Below are positions 8,738-16,458 of a DNA stretch of 57,300 bases, piece after piece. The notes under the pieces were generated by a model that was given only the letters and a program-made list of their open reading frames with translations, ran no database searches and had not been told where the DNA came from. Source of the DNA: a virus; the IMG/VR virus record IMGVR_UViG_3300030521_000001, positions 1 through 57,300 of that record. One strand, given 5' to 3'. The translations under genes were made by a program, and so were the position numbers. The first letter of the stretch is position 1; each line of letters starts with the position of its first letter.

Positions 8738-10145
8738 GTTTGCGTTTCCTGACTTCCGCCACTAGCTCGTCCATGATACTAGCAACGTCTTTTTTCCGAG
8801 TCAAGGCTTTGATGACCAGAGCATCCATGGGGCTGGACACCAAGTCATAAATATTACAATCAGTATCCTGCGCCCCCCGGTGGTTTCGGTCTTCCATCTG
8901 TGCGCGCCAGTAATACGAATAATCAGATTCGAAAAAAATCATTGTACTACAGCGGTCGCGCCCCGCTTGCCCGATCAAGGTGTGGCCGCGCGCCGTGGCG
9001 TCCTGTTGCCCGAGGCAGACCCGGCACTTGGATTCGTCGTTAAACATTCTCTTTTGTTCGGTAATCGCCGTAGGCGACATTCCGCCCTTGATCCACGCCG
9101 GGTTACATCCCGCCTCTGATAGTGCCGTGTACAACATTTCGCCGCAGGCCTTGTAGTAATAGCTGACTATTACCTTGCCGGGGGAGGTGCCGATGATGTC
9201 AAGCGTCGCCTTAAGCTTGGGGTTGTCCTTAGGCGTCTCGAAGAAGTAATATTTGCCCTGGTCGAGCAATACGCAGCTTGAAATCTGACGCAGTTTGTTC
9301 ATCTGCGCCAGGATGATTTCCACCGAGATCTCGTCGCCATCGACGATGGCGTAAAATTCCTGCATCATCGTTGTATAGTGCTCGATCTGGCGCCGGCTCA
9401 TCTCCAGGTGCACCGAAGTGTAGATCTTGGGTGGCAGGTCCTTGCGCCAGTCCTTCTTCAGCGCGCGGAAGGTACAGGTGTCGAGGACCCGTGCCAGTTC
9501 CTCCTCGTTGCGAACGCCGACCACCTGCTTGCCGAGGAAGCCTCCCATCTCGGCGAAGCGATTGCGGAACACCACGGGTTCCATACCGTTGAACTGACCA
9601 AGACAGCGTAATTGACCAAAGTAGTCTCGCACGTCCTGCGTCAAAGGTGTGCCATTTAATTCCCGCACCATTTTGGCGCGCTTGGCTAGTTCAAGCACCG
9701 CCTTGAACGTGGACGTCGCCGGATTCTTGACGGCGGTAGACTCGTCGATGGTCAACATGCAACGGCGTTGATCGAACAGTTTAATCAGTTGCTTAAGCGT
9801 GTCCTTCTCGCGCACGGCTTCGTAGTTGATCGCATACTGACAATACTCCGCATCGAACGGTAATGGATATTTCGGCCAGTAGCCAGTGGGTACCCACGGC
9901 ACGCCCCATTCTTCCGGCGCCAGCGCCCAGTCCTGCTTGAACGAGTTCGGTACCACCACTAAATTGATGTCGGTATCGTCGGATTCGATGAATTCGTTAA
10001 GCGTCAACGCGGTCTTGCCCAGGCCTTGCTCTAACCACTGCCCAAACTTAGGCTTGCCGTGCGAGCGACGCATGGCCTCGGCCTGCACCGCCCAGGGCTT
10101 GTTGCCAAATACGGCGTGCTTAAGGTGCCAGGGGACGGTCATCAT
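8730..10145 (-). CDS. SNF2-family (SF2) helicase/ATPase.
   Basis: Motif I LEQGLGKTALTL; motif II LTIDESTAVKN; motif III LNGTPLTQDVRDYF; motif VI WRAQMEDRNHRGAQ. ATGATG at 10145-10140 chosen as the start. The ORF extends to a TTG at 10214. Confidence 0.8.
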   Translation of the reverse strand: MMTVPWHLKHAVFGNKPWAVQAEAMRRSHGKPKFGQWLEQGLGKTALTLNEFIESDDTDINLVVVPNSFKQDWALAPEEWGVPWVPTGYWPKYPLPFDAEYCQYAINYEAVREKDTLKQLIKLFDQRRCMLTIDESTAVKNPATSTFKAVLELAKRAKMVRELNGTPLTQDVRDYFGQLRCLGQFNGMEPVVFRNRFAEMGGFLGKQVVGVRNEEELARVLDTCTFRALKKDWRKDLPPKIYTSVHLEMSRRQIEHYTTMMQEFYAIVDGDEISVEIILAQMNKLRQISSCVLLDQGKYYFFETPKDNPKLKATLDIIGTSPGKVIVSYYYKACGEMLYTALSEAGCNPAWIKGGMSPTAITEQKRMFNDESKCRVCLGQQDATARGHTLIGQAGRDRCSTMIFFESDYSYYWRAQMEDRNHRGAQDTDCNIYDLVSSPMDALVIKALTRKKDVASIMDELVAEVRKRKRV

Positions 10146-10359
10146 AATCTCGGCAGATTTCAAAATACCAGGCTTTAGTATCAAAACCGTGTCCACTGAC
10201 TCTGGTGGATTCAAACCAGTACTGCCGCTCCGCCGTGGGGGGACCCAATTTGCAGTGTACTGCTTTTTCCACCAACATACTTTGCATCAGGTCAACTACC
10301 GTTTCCGCAGGCGCCTTGTCGTTGTCCGAACACCACCGTACGAAGTGTGTAATGGTCAT
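10120..10359 (-). CDS. Hypothetical protein (79 aa), translationally coupled to datZ.
   Basis: Its ATG overlaps the datZ stop (ATGA at 10356-10359). No recognisable motif. Confidence 0.45.
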   Translation of the reverse strand: MTITHFVRWCSDNDKAPAETVVDLMQSMLVEKAVHCKLGPPTAERQYWFESTRVSGHGFDTKAWYFEICRDYDDRPLAP

Positions 10360-10958
10360 GTTATTCCTGTCGATCCGTATTTCCAGTGCGCTTGCAGCGC
10401 CGGGTAGATCTGGTCATTCCATTGCGCGCGGTGAGCGGTCAGGTCGCCGCCCTCGTGAATTAACTCTCCCAATTCGTGCCAGGCCACGACCAGGTTTTCC
10501 ATCGCGTCCTGATGCAGCGGCGCCAACACGGTGTTGCCCATACGTTGTTCCAGGATCAGAAATATGCAGGCGTCGACCTTGTCGGCGACCCTGACGATCT
10601 TGGCGATGCTGTCACCCCACATGCTTTCGTAGATCGCGTCGAGTTGGGCTTCGACCCCCGGCAGTCGTTCCTTCATCTGTTCGGTCACGAAGTTGGACAG
10701 TGCGCCGGGGTCGACGATCTGCTTCTTTACCGGTGAGATGACGTCGCCGGTAAAGGTCTCCTCGATGTCGTGCATCAGCGCCGCGAAGGTCAGGTCGGCG
10801 TATGGCCCCGGCCACTCGATCAGCCGCGCGACCTGCAGCGCGTAGTAAGAAACATAGAACGAGTGCTCGGCGACGCTGTCCTTGTTGAAAGTACGTACGA
10901 TGGACCAGCGCTGGACCACAGAGGCGGTGCGAAGTTCGGGGGGGAAAAGGGTGTTCAT
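10356..10958 (-). CDS. datZ: HD-domain dNTP triphosphohydrolase, DatZ-like (dATPase of Z-genome phages).
   Basis: 200 aa. HD-superfamily metal motif H..(AEHSFYVSYYA)...LMHDIEETFTGDV, YfbR-like. ATGA overlap with mazZ. Third gene of the purZ-mazZ-datZ operon. Confidence 0.7.
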   Translation of the reverse strand: MNTLFPPELRTASVVQRWSIVRTFNKDSVAEHSFYVSYYALQVARLIEWPGPYADLTFAALMHDIEETFTGDVISPVKKQIVDPGALSNFVTEQMKERLPGVEAQLDAIYESMWGDSIAKIVRVADKVDACIFLILEQRMGNTVLAPLHQDAMENLVVAWHELGELIHEGGDLTAHRAQWNDQIYPALQAHWKYGSTGIT

Positions 10959-11314
10959 GGTTCCTCGCTCATAATCTCGGCCGACGTAATAATGCGGTTC
11001 CGGGCCTTGACCCTCGCCAGCAGCTTGTCGCGGATGATCAGCGCAAAATTTGCGATATCAATGCATTCCTTGGCTGCCTCGGCCTCGCCTAGGAACTCGT
11101 AAGCCACGTCGAACTCCATCAGTTCGATCTTGAGCAGTTTGATGTGCGCCTCGATCGGCTGGTCATGCCAGCCGGTCTTGTGATCGTTCTTGCGAAGCTT
11201 GGTCTCCATGGCCAAGGCAAATTCGGCGACTTCACGCCGAATTACGTGTGTAGACCGGTCATCGAGACTAATGAAACAAACCTTGTCGGTGATCATGTCG
11301 TGTTCGATAGTCAT
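10955..11314 (-). CDS. mazZ: MazG-like all-alpha NTP pyrophosphohydrolase, MazZ-like.
   Basis: 119 aa from the internal ATG 11314, which overlaps the purZ TGA (ATGA). Acidic helix motifs EVAEFALAMETKL, ELMEFDVAYEF, ECIDIANFALIIRD are typical of MazG-type enzymes. Confidence 0.65.
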   Translation of the reverse strand: MTIEHDMITDKVCFISLDDRSTHVIRREVAEFALAMETKLRKNDHKTGWHDQPIEAHIKLLKIELMEFDVAYEFLGEAEAAKECIDIANFALIIRDKLLARVKARNRIITSAEIMSEEP

Positions 11315-12414
11315 AGTTTGTCTCCGTCGATGATGTCGTCCGTCGTCGGCCCCCAGGCCGTGACGACCTGGGTGCACTCGTTGCGCCGGCCATACTTGTT
11401 GCAGAGTTCGCGCACCTTGGCGACTACCGTCTTGGCCAGTTCCTTGTTCGGCAAGTAGTCCATGAACGAGACGTAGACGACGTTCGGCCGGGTCTGCGCG
11501 ATCGCCTCGTAGACCTGCTGTTCTGAGAACGTAAACACCCTACGGATACGCTTGGTGACGGTAGTGATCTCGGCCGCGACGCCAAGTTCGTCCCAGGTGA
11601 TCTCGTGCTGGTCGGGAAAACAACCACCGGAATAACCATTTTCGTGCATGTTACGTGCTTCGTTGAGACTGCCGACTTTGATCGGAAAAGTGCGAATGAC
11701 CAGCATCGACCGGTGATAGAAGTGCGGGTGTATCCCGGCGTCGCTCATCGCCTGACCCACGGTGCAGTTGCGCGACGTAGTGTAAGGATAGAAGGGGCCG
11801 TCCACGGACAGCGAATGACCCTGCGGCACCTCGACCAGCACGGACTTGCCGGTAAGCATCTCGGCGTTCAAGTCGATGCGATGAACGAATTGCTGCAGTT
11901 TGTGTATTTCAGGACCGTACCAGTGCACCGGGTTGACCAGGTCCTTGGCCAGGAACCCCGATCGCAACACCTTGCGCGACAGCGCCTCGCCGACGCCTTT
12001 CCGGGTCGAGGCTATCTTAGTCTGCGCGCTGTCGTCGCGCATTTCGGCGGTCTTGCAGTCCGGCGTGATGATCGCGGCGTTGGGGTGAATGGCCAGTCCA
12101 TTGTGCAGGACTTGGGGATTTTCATCTAATTCTCTGAGTAGGATTTCGGGATCAATCACGCTCCCTGCGTTTAGATAGGTAATACACGGCCGGTATAGTG
12201 AATAAGTCGGCAGGTGAAACACCACCTTGGTCACACCGTCGTGGGTCGAGGTGTGACCGGCCTGAGCCCCGGCATTTGTTGTTGCAATGTCGAAGGGCCG
12301 TAGCATCGGGGCCTTGGTCGCTAGCCACGCCGCCGCCGCACCCTTGCCCTCGGAACCCCACTGGCCACCGAGAAGGAACGAGGCCTTGCCCGGCTTGGAA
12401 AAGAAATCGATCAT
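11311..12414 (-). CDS. purZ: Adenylosuccinate-synthetase homolog, PurZ-like (N6-succino-2-amino-2'-deoxyadenylate synthase).
   Basis: 367 aa, the short PurA-type size. P-loop GGQWGSEGKGA versus PurA GTQWGDEGKGK (Asp replaced by Ser). Other PurA-like motifs: QAGHTS (PurA NAGHT), STRKGVGEA (TTGRGIGPA), VEVPQGHSLSVDGPFYPYTTSRN ([23 protein letters not shown]), EITTVTKRIRRV (GATTGRRRR). Immediately followed by the MazG and HD genes. Confidence 0.8.
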   Translation of the reverse strand: MIDFFSKPGKASFLLGGQWGSEGKGAAAAWLATKAPMLRPFDIATTNAGAQAGHTSTHDGVTKVVFHLPTYSLYRPCITYLNAGSVIDPEILLRELDENPQVLHNGLAIHPNAAIITPDCKTAEMRDDSAQTKIASTRKGVGEALSRKVLRSGFLAKDLVNPVHWYGPEIHKLQQFVHRIDLNAEMLTGKSVLVEVPQGHSLSVDGPFYPYTTSRNCTVGQAMSDAGIHPHFYHRSMLVIRTFPIKVGSLNEARNMHENGYSGGCFPDQHEITWDELGVAAEITTVTKRIRRVFTFSEQQVYEAIAQTRPNVVYVSFMDYLPNKELAKTVVAKVRELCNKYGRRNECTQVVTAWGPTTDDIIDGDKL

Positions 12415-12416
12415 GT

Positions 12417-12785
12417 TCAGCCCTTTTTGTGCCCAATTCTATCAAGTACCAGTGTAGCATAGCCGACTATGTCTTGCCAATGGTCCCTGTGGTTAGGGTC
12501 ACCACAGACAATTCTGCCGATTTTGGTAGCAATCAGGTCTAGAGATTCTTGTTGTACGAACGACAACTGACCCCAATTCGGGCTGCCCCGTACGACAGCT
12601 TTGATAGCTCCGATCGTGGTAGCCATGATCGTGTAGTCACCGTGGGTCACGCCGCGAACCTGCTCGGGGGGCGGTTCATTGGGCCAAGTCTGATACTGAT
12701 GCCCCTTCGGTAACCCCTGCACTATTGCGCACGTCTCCCGGTGCACTTGCCCCGTGCCAGCGCCGCAATCACACTTGGCCAACAT
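12417..12785 (-). CDS. Small Cys-containing protein upstream of purZ; possible MazG-like/nucleotide-binding helical protein.
   Basis: 122 aa. N-terminal CDCG...C cluster, then HGDY..IGAIKAV...ESLDLIATKIGRIV.GDPNHRDHWQDIVGYATLVL, which resembles small phage NTP-pyrophosphohydrolase-like domains. Stop lies 2 nt before the purZ ATG. Confidence 0.35.
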   Translation of the reverse strand: MLAKCDCGAGTGQVHRETCAIVQGLPKGHQYQTWPNEPPPEQVRGVTHGDYTIMATTIGAIKAVVRGSPNWGQLSFVQQESLDLIATKIGRIVCGDPNHRDHWQDIVGYATLVLDRIGHKKG

Positions 12786-13239
12786 TTTTGTACTCCGCGA
12801 AAAGACCCAGCATCGCCCTGATCTTGCCCAACCGCCCGTCCTTGTCCCCTAGTGGGACATGTGACCGCTGCATAACTTGCCATGACGTATGTTCCATGAC
12901 TTCGTACGTGTACAACGCCATTCGCAATGTCTTGATCGGCTCACGGGCGCCCTTGGTCTGGATGAACGACACCACGCCGGTCAGCATTCCGGCCCCGTGC
13001 CACTCCTTCAGGAATTTTCTCTGAGGGGTCGTAACGTCAAGTTCCCAGACATGGTTCTTGGTTCTGTCGGACAATGCAATCTGCTTGGCCTCCAGCCACA
13101 TCGGGCGGCAATTGGGCAGCTTGATGAGGAGATCGACGACGCCGACCAGGAAGCGATTGTTAAGCTTGATACCGGCGCCTCCGACGTCCTTGACGGCGTC
13201 GATGATGAGTTGCTGCATAGCGGTTTCGAGCATGGCCAT
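12769..13239 (-). CDS. PD-(D/E)XK nuclease (VRR-NUC-like or resolvase-like).
   Basis: 156 aa. Motif GVVDLLIKLP....PMWLEAKQ fits D...(E/D)xK. Confidence 0.5.
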   Translation of the reverse strand: MAMLETAMQQLIIDAVKDVGGAGIKLNNRFLVGVVDLLIKLPNCRPMWLEAKQIALSDRTKNHVWELDVTTPQRKFLKEWHGAGMLTGVVSFIQTKGAREPIKTLRMALYTYEVMEHTSWQVMQRSHVPLGDKDGRLGKIRAMLGLFAEYKNVGQV

Positions 13240-13241
13240 GA

Positions 13242-13466
13242 TTATTTGCCCCTACGCCCGTTGTCGTAGTCGTGTCCCGCCAGCCCACACCAGCCGTTGC
13301 CCCGGTATTCACGCCACATCATGCAGCCGGACGCTATGCAACGGGTCTCGTCGTGAACCCCTTGTCCGCCAGGGTTCATGTCGACGTGGTGATTTACAGC
13401 CATCCCGACCGTCAACCCGGTGCGCACCATCGGGCACCACTTGGTCTTGGCTTCGTCTTCAGTCAT
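13242..13466 (-). CDS. Small Cys-rich hypothetical protein.
   Basis: 74 aa. KWCP...RCIASGCMMW motif, common in small phage proteins of unknown function. Confidence 0.5.
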   Translation of the reverse strand: MTEDEAKTKWCPMVRTGLTVGMAVNHHVDMNPGGQGVHDETRCIASGCMMWREYRGNGWCGLAGHDYDNGRRGK

Positions 13467-13671
13467 ACTGGCCGTCCATTGTTTTGCTTAGCATCCTGCC
13501 GCACTCGCCGCAGTAGGTGTACGGCCCGTATCCGCCCCCGGCCAGGCCAAACCCGACTTCCGGTTCGAGGTCGGGATGTTCTGGGCACTTGGCAGGACCG
13601 TCGCGCAATTCTTCGCGGATTTCCGACGCGTCAATGTGTGCGAAATACTTGGCGTCTGGGTCCTTGGTCAT
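13459..13671 (-). CDS. Small Zn-ribbon-like hypothetical protein.
   Basis: Internal ATG 13671 is preceded by GGAGGAG. The longer ORF start (13791) would overlap the polymerase gene. CPEHP...CGECG motif. Confidence 0.5.
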   Translation of the reverse strand: MTKDPDAKYFAHIDASEIREELRDGPAKCPEHPDLEPEVGFGLAGGGYGPYTYCGECGRMLSKTMDGQYD

Positions 13672-13735
13672 TTCTGGAACTCCTCCATCCATTCTGCAAT
13701 ACGCCGGTGTTGGGCGCGTTGCTCTTCTAACGTTG

Positions 13736-15667
13736 TCATTGTTCTGCGCCGAAAGTTGACTCTGCCCAAGTCGTACCTTCCCCCGCGTCAATCCGCATTG
13801 GTACGTCTAGGGGTATCATATCATTGGGTCCAAACCGTGTCATGATGTCTAAACACTCATTATACACTACTCGATGCGCCTCGTCAAACTGGAAATTGAT
13901 CGAGTCATGTACGTTATTGAGCAAATCTACGGGACGTCCCACACTTTCCAAATAATCGTCGATTTCGACGAGCTTGCTTTTCAAAACGTCCGCATTACCT
14001 CCAGACAGGATACGGTTCAATGCTACATACGACAAATCGTGGCGCGGCAAATGGAGTCGGCGACCAAGCAATGTCACCATAAAGCCTCGCTTAACGAAAA
14101 CACGTGACATATTCTGTTGCGCAGTGCGAATTTCTGGCATGGCCCGGAAGTACGCGCGATATTGTTCATCCACTTCTCTAGGGTCGACTTTGTATTTTTC
14201 AACGATAACGCCTTTACCACCACCAGTCAATAGAGTTTGATTTATCCTTTTTCCAAATTCCCTAGCTGCTTTCTTTTGCTTAGCGTCCCAGTCGTCATAG
14301 CCCTTGCTGAGGTTCATGGCCCTGGTGACGCCGGTATGGGCGTCGAACTTGGGGTCATTGCGGTAGCCGTCTAGCAGCACCTTGCAACGTGAATAATAAG
14401 CCAGCAACGTGGGTTCACATTGGCGGTAGTCGGCCTCGGCAAACACCATGCCGTCGTCCGGAACAAACCCACCACGCAGCATCCGGCCTCGTACTTCGTC
14501 GCGCTTGTGGGCCTGCTGCAGGTTGGGGGAATCGCACGACAGCCGGCCGATGATGGTACCGTATTCGTCGCCGCGCATCTGGTTGAAATTGGCGTGCACG
14601 CGTCCGTTCCAGATATGCTGTTCCAGCAGCGGCGTGATGAAGGAATTACGCATATGTACGATACGACGAATCTTGATGATCTCGCGTCCCGGCGCCGACT
14701 TTTCCAACCAGCTTTCGGGGAACGACGGCTTCCTGGTCTTCGGCGTCATCGGCCAGTCGGTCACGCCGTGCTTTTCCATGTACCACTTGACGTCCGACCC
14801 TGCCTGTACCGATGCGTTCTCGGGGTCCGGGAACTCGCGCATCAGTTCTGAAATCTGGCGGTTAAGGTCCTGTTGCAGTTGTTCGAAATAGCTCCGGTCC
14901 ACCTTGATGCCCCGGCATGTCATCCGCGCCAGCACCCGGATCAACCGACTCTCGATGTCGTGTACCTTGGCGAGCGAAGTATAGACCGGCTCGCCGTTGA
15001 CGCGTTTGAACTCCACCTGCTCGTTGATCTTAACCATTTGCGCGTCGCGCAGCTGCCAGGTGGAGGTGCCGTCACCTTCCGCATAATCAGTGGCCATGGC
15101 GTCATCACCACGCAACTTGTAGAACCACCCCATGGACTCGCGATCGCTTTTGATCTCGGGAAATTTTGACCGCAAGTACGCATACATCTGGGCCGCTAAT
15201 TTGGGTTGAACCCCCCGACGCAGACAGCAGGCCTCTAGACTAAATTTACCTCCGAACTCATCGATAAGCGGTTCGTTTATTTGCGTGTCCCAGAACTGAG
15301 GCGCGAAAGCCTGTGTACCGATCAGGCGGTAAACAAACTTAAGGTCAAACCCGCCGATATTATGACCTCCGATTACCCGCCCTTGCCTGAACAACTTGCC
15401 TAGAAGGGCCTTTTCCCACGCGGCCATCTTCCCGTCCCACCCGTGGGCGTCGACAGGGCCATTAACGCCACCAATGTTACCGTTGCCGACGTGACGAACA
15501 GGAAGATAGAAAGAATCTTGTGGTTTGGGGCTAAAAGTAATGACATGCCCGACCACATGGCACCGTTGCCACAAGAGACCAGAAGTTTCAGCGTCATAGA
15601 CTATGTCTCCCTTGTGACTATCGAGGCGGTTCATTACGACTTGCAATTTGCTGGTGATTTGTTTCAT
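13736..15667 (-). CDS. dpoZ: Family-A DNA polymerase with 3'-5' exonuclease domain; candidate DpoZ.
   Basis: 643 aa from ATG 15667 (TGAAATG junction with the upstream gene). Exo I IVYDAETSGL; motif A AEADYRQCEP; motif B region AAREFGKRINQTLLTGGG; motif C NNVHDSINFQ. About 1.3 kb upstream of purZ in the same operon. The PolA call is firm (about 0.9). The DpoZ subfamily assignment is contextual. Confidence 0.6.
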   Translation of the reverse strand: MKQITSKLQVVMNRLDSHKGDIVYDAETSGLLWQRCHVVGHVITFSPKPQDSFYLPVRHVGNGNIGGVNGPVDAHGWDGKMAAWEKALLGKLFRQGRVIGGHNIGGFDLKFVYRLIGTQAFAPQFWDTQINEPLIDEFGGKFSLEACCLRRGVQPKLAAQMYAYLRSKFPEIKSDRESMGWFYKLRGDDAMATDYAEGDGTSTWQLRDAQMVKINEQVEFKRVNGEPVYTSLAKVHDIESRLIRVLARMTCRGIKVDRSYFEQLQQDLNRQISELMREFPDPENASVQAGSDVKWYMEKHGVTDWPMTPKTRKPSFPESWLEKSAPGREIIKIRRIVHMRNSFITPLLEQHIWNGRVHANFNQMRGDEYGTIIGRLSCDSPNLQQAHKRDEVRGRMLRGGFVPDDGMVFAEADYRQCEPTLLAYYSRCKVLLDGYRNDPKFDAHTGVTRAMNLSKGYDDWDAKQKKAAREFGKRINQTLLTGGGKGVIVEKYKVDPREVDEQYRAYFRAMPEIRTAQQNMSRVFVKRGFMVTLLGRRLHLPRHDLSYVALNRILSGGNADVLKSKLVEIDDYLESVGRPVDLLNNVHDSINFQFDEAHRVVYNECLDIMTRFGPNDMIPLDVPMRIDAGEGTTWAESTFGAEQ

Positions 15668-15668
15668 T

Positions 15669-15938
15669 TCACCACCCGTCCCGGTCGCGCGGGTCGCTCT
15701 TCGGCTCGTCGTCATCGTCCATCGCGAAGTCGGTGTCGCCGACGAACTCCTCGTGCAACTTTTGAATCCAGGCCAGTTGCTTCGGCGACACGAACACTCG
15801 TTCGCCATATTCCTTATCCTTGGCGATCATGTCGGTCAGGAAATTGCGCGGCGTTTCCTTCATGCCGCCGACTTCGTCCGCCAGTTCCTCCAACATCTGG
15901 TGGAACCGGGCGTAATCCTGTTCATTAAGTGCGGGCAT
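15669..15938 (-). CDS. Hypothetical acidic protein (89 aa).
   Basis: Internal ATG (MPALNEQDY) chosen; the ORF extends to 16031. Acidic C-terminus DDDDEPKSDPRDRD. Confidence 0.45.
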   Translation of the reverse strand: MPALNEQDYARFHQMLEELADEVGGMKETPRNFLTDMIAKDKEYGERVFVSPKQLAWIQKLHEEFVGDTDFAMDDDDEPKSDPRDRDGW

Positions 15939-16140
15939 CGACTTTCTCCAAAAACCGGTAATCGTAGTATTGGACCGCAGTGCAGCCGTCCCAACGTATG
16001 TTGACGAAACACTTACGGGGATTGTCCTCAACCGTGCCCAGCCGGTCGGGCGGGGTACGGACGTAATGTCTAACGCCCCGGGGGGACAGCCTGACGCGAT
16101 CGGGCTTACGAAACAGGTTGTTCGGGTCGTTGCACATCAT
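15925..16140 (-). CDS. Hypothetical protein (71 aa).
   Basis: ORF in operon context, overlapping its neighbours on both sides. Confidence 0.4.
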   Translation of the reverse strand: MMCNDPNNLFRKPDRVRLSPRGVRHYVRTPPDRLGTVEDNPRKCFVNIRWDGCTAVQYYDYRFLEKVDART

Positions 16141-16336
16141 CGCCCCACAGCAAATGGACCAGTTCCGCAGTACTGGCGACGTGATACTTGCGCAATACCC
16201 CCTGGCGATGGTCGTCCACCGTGCGTGGGGAGATGTGCAGTAACTTCGCCATGTCCTTGGAGGCGCGGCCCTGAAACATCATCAGGCAGATTTCCCGCTG
16301 TCGCCGGGTTAAGTCAATCTTAACATGCTCAGACAT
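16106..16336 (-). CDS. LuxR/GerE-type HTH transcriptional regulator.
   Basis: 76 aa. LTRRQREICLMMFQGRASKDMAKLLHISPRTVDDHRQGVLRKY matches the GerE HTH pattern. Confidence 0.7.
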   Translation of the reverse strand: MSEHVKIDLTRRQREICLMMFQGRASKDMAKLLHISPRTVDDHRQGVLRKYHVASTAELVHLLWGDDVQRPEQPVS

Positions 16337-16347
16337 GACAAAACTCC

Positions 16348-16405
16348 AAAATAAAAAGGGTGCGAGGGCTGATGGGTTAGGCCACCCTCGTTTAAACTCG
16401 CACCC
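16348..16405 (-). terminator. Rho-independent terminator (stem GGGTGCGAG/CTCGCACCC followed by TTTTTATTTT) with an alternative inner hairpin.
   Basis: Minus-strand reading GGGTGCGAG-TTTAAA-CGAGGG-N16-CCCTCGCACCC-TTTTTATTTT. Lies between the stop of the 16459-17466 gene and the LuxR-type gene. Confidence 0.6.
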
Positions 16406-16418
16406 GACATCGTGTCAA
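16390..16418 (-). promoter_or_regulatory. Candidate promoter TTGACA-N17-TTAAAC, embedded in the terminator hairpin.
   Basis: Minus-strand GTGTTGACACGATGTCGGGTGCGAGTTTAAAC. The -10 element lies in the loop of the terminator. Confidence 0.4.
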
Positions 16419-16458
16419 CACGACGTCCTTGTTACCTCGGCGGTGAACACCCGAGGAT

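Noticed and set aside
13736-15808. N-terminal extensions offered by the ORF track for several genes (polymerase to 15808, mazZ to 11377, 4318-5019, 13459-13791, 15669-16031, 18801-19352, 30205-30777, 33174-33863).
   Set aside because: The extended parts overlap upstream genes and are Arg/Ser/Thr-rich, non-protein-like sequence. Internal starts give ATGA/TGATG coupling or a good Shine-Dalgarno sequence.
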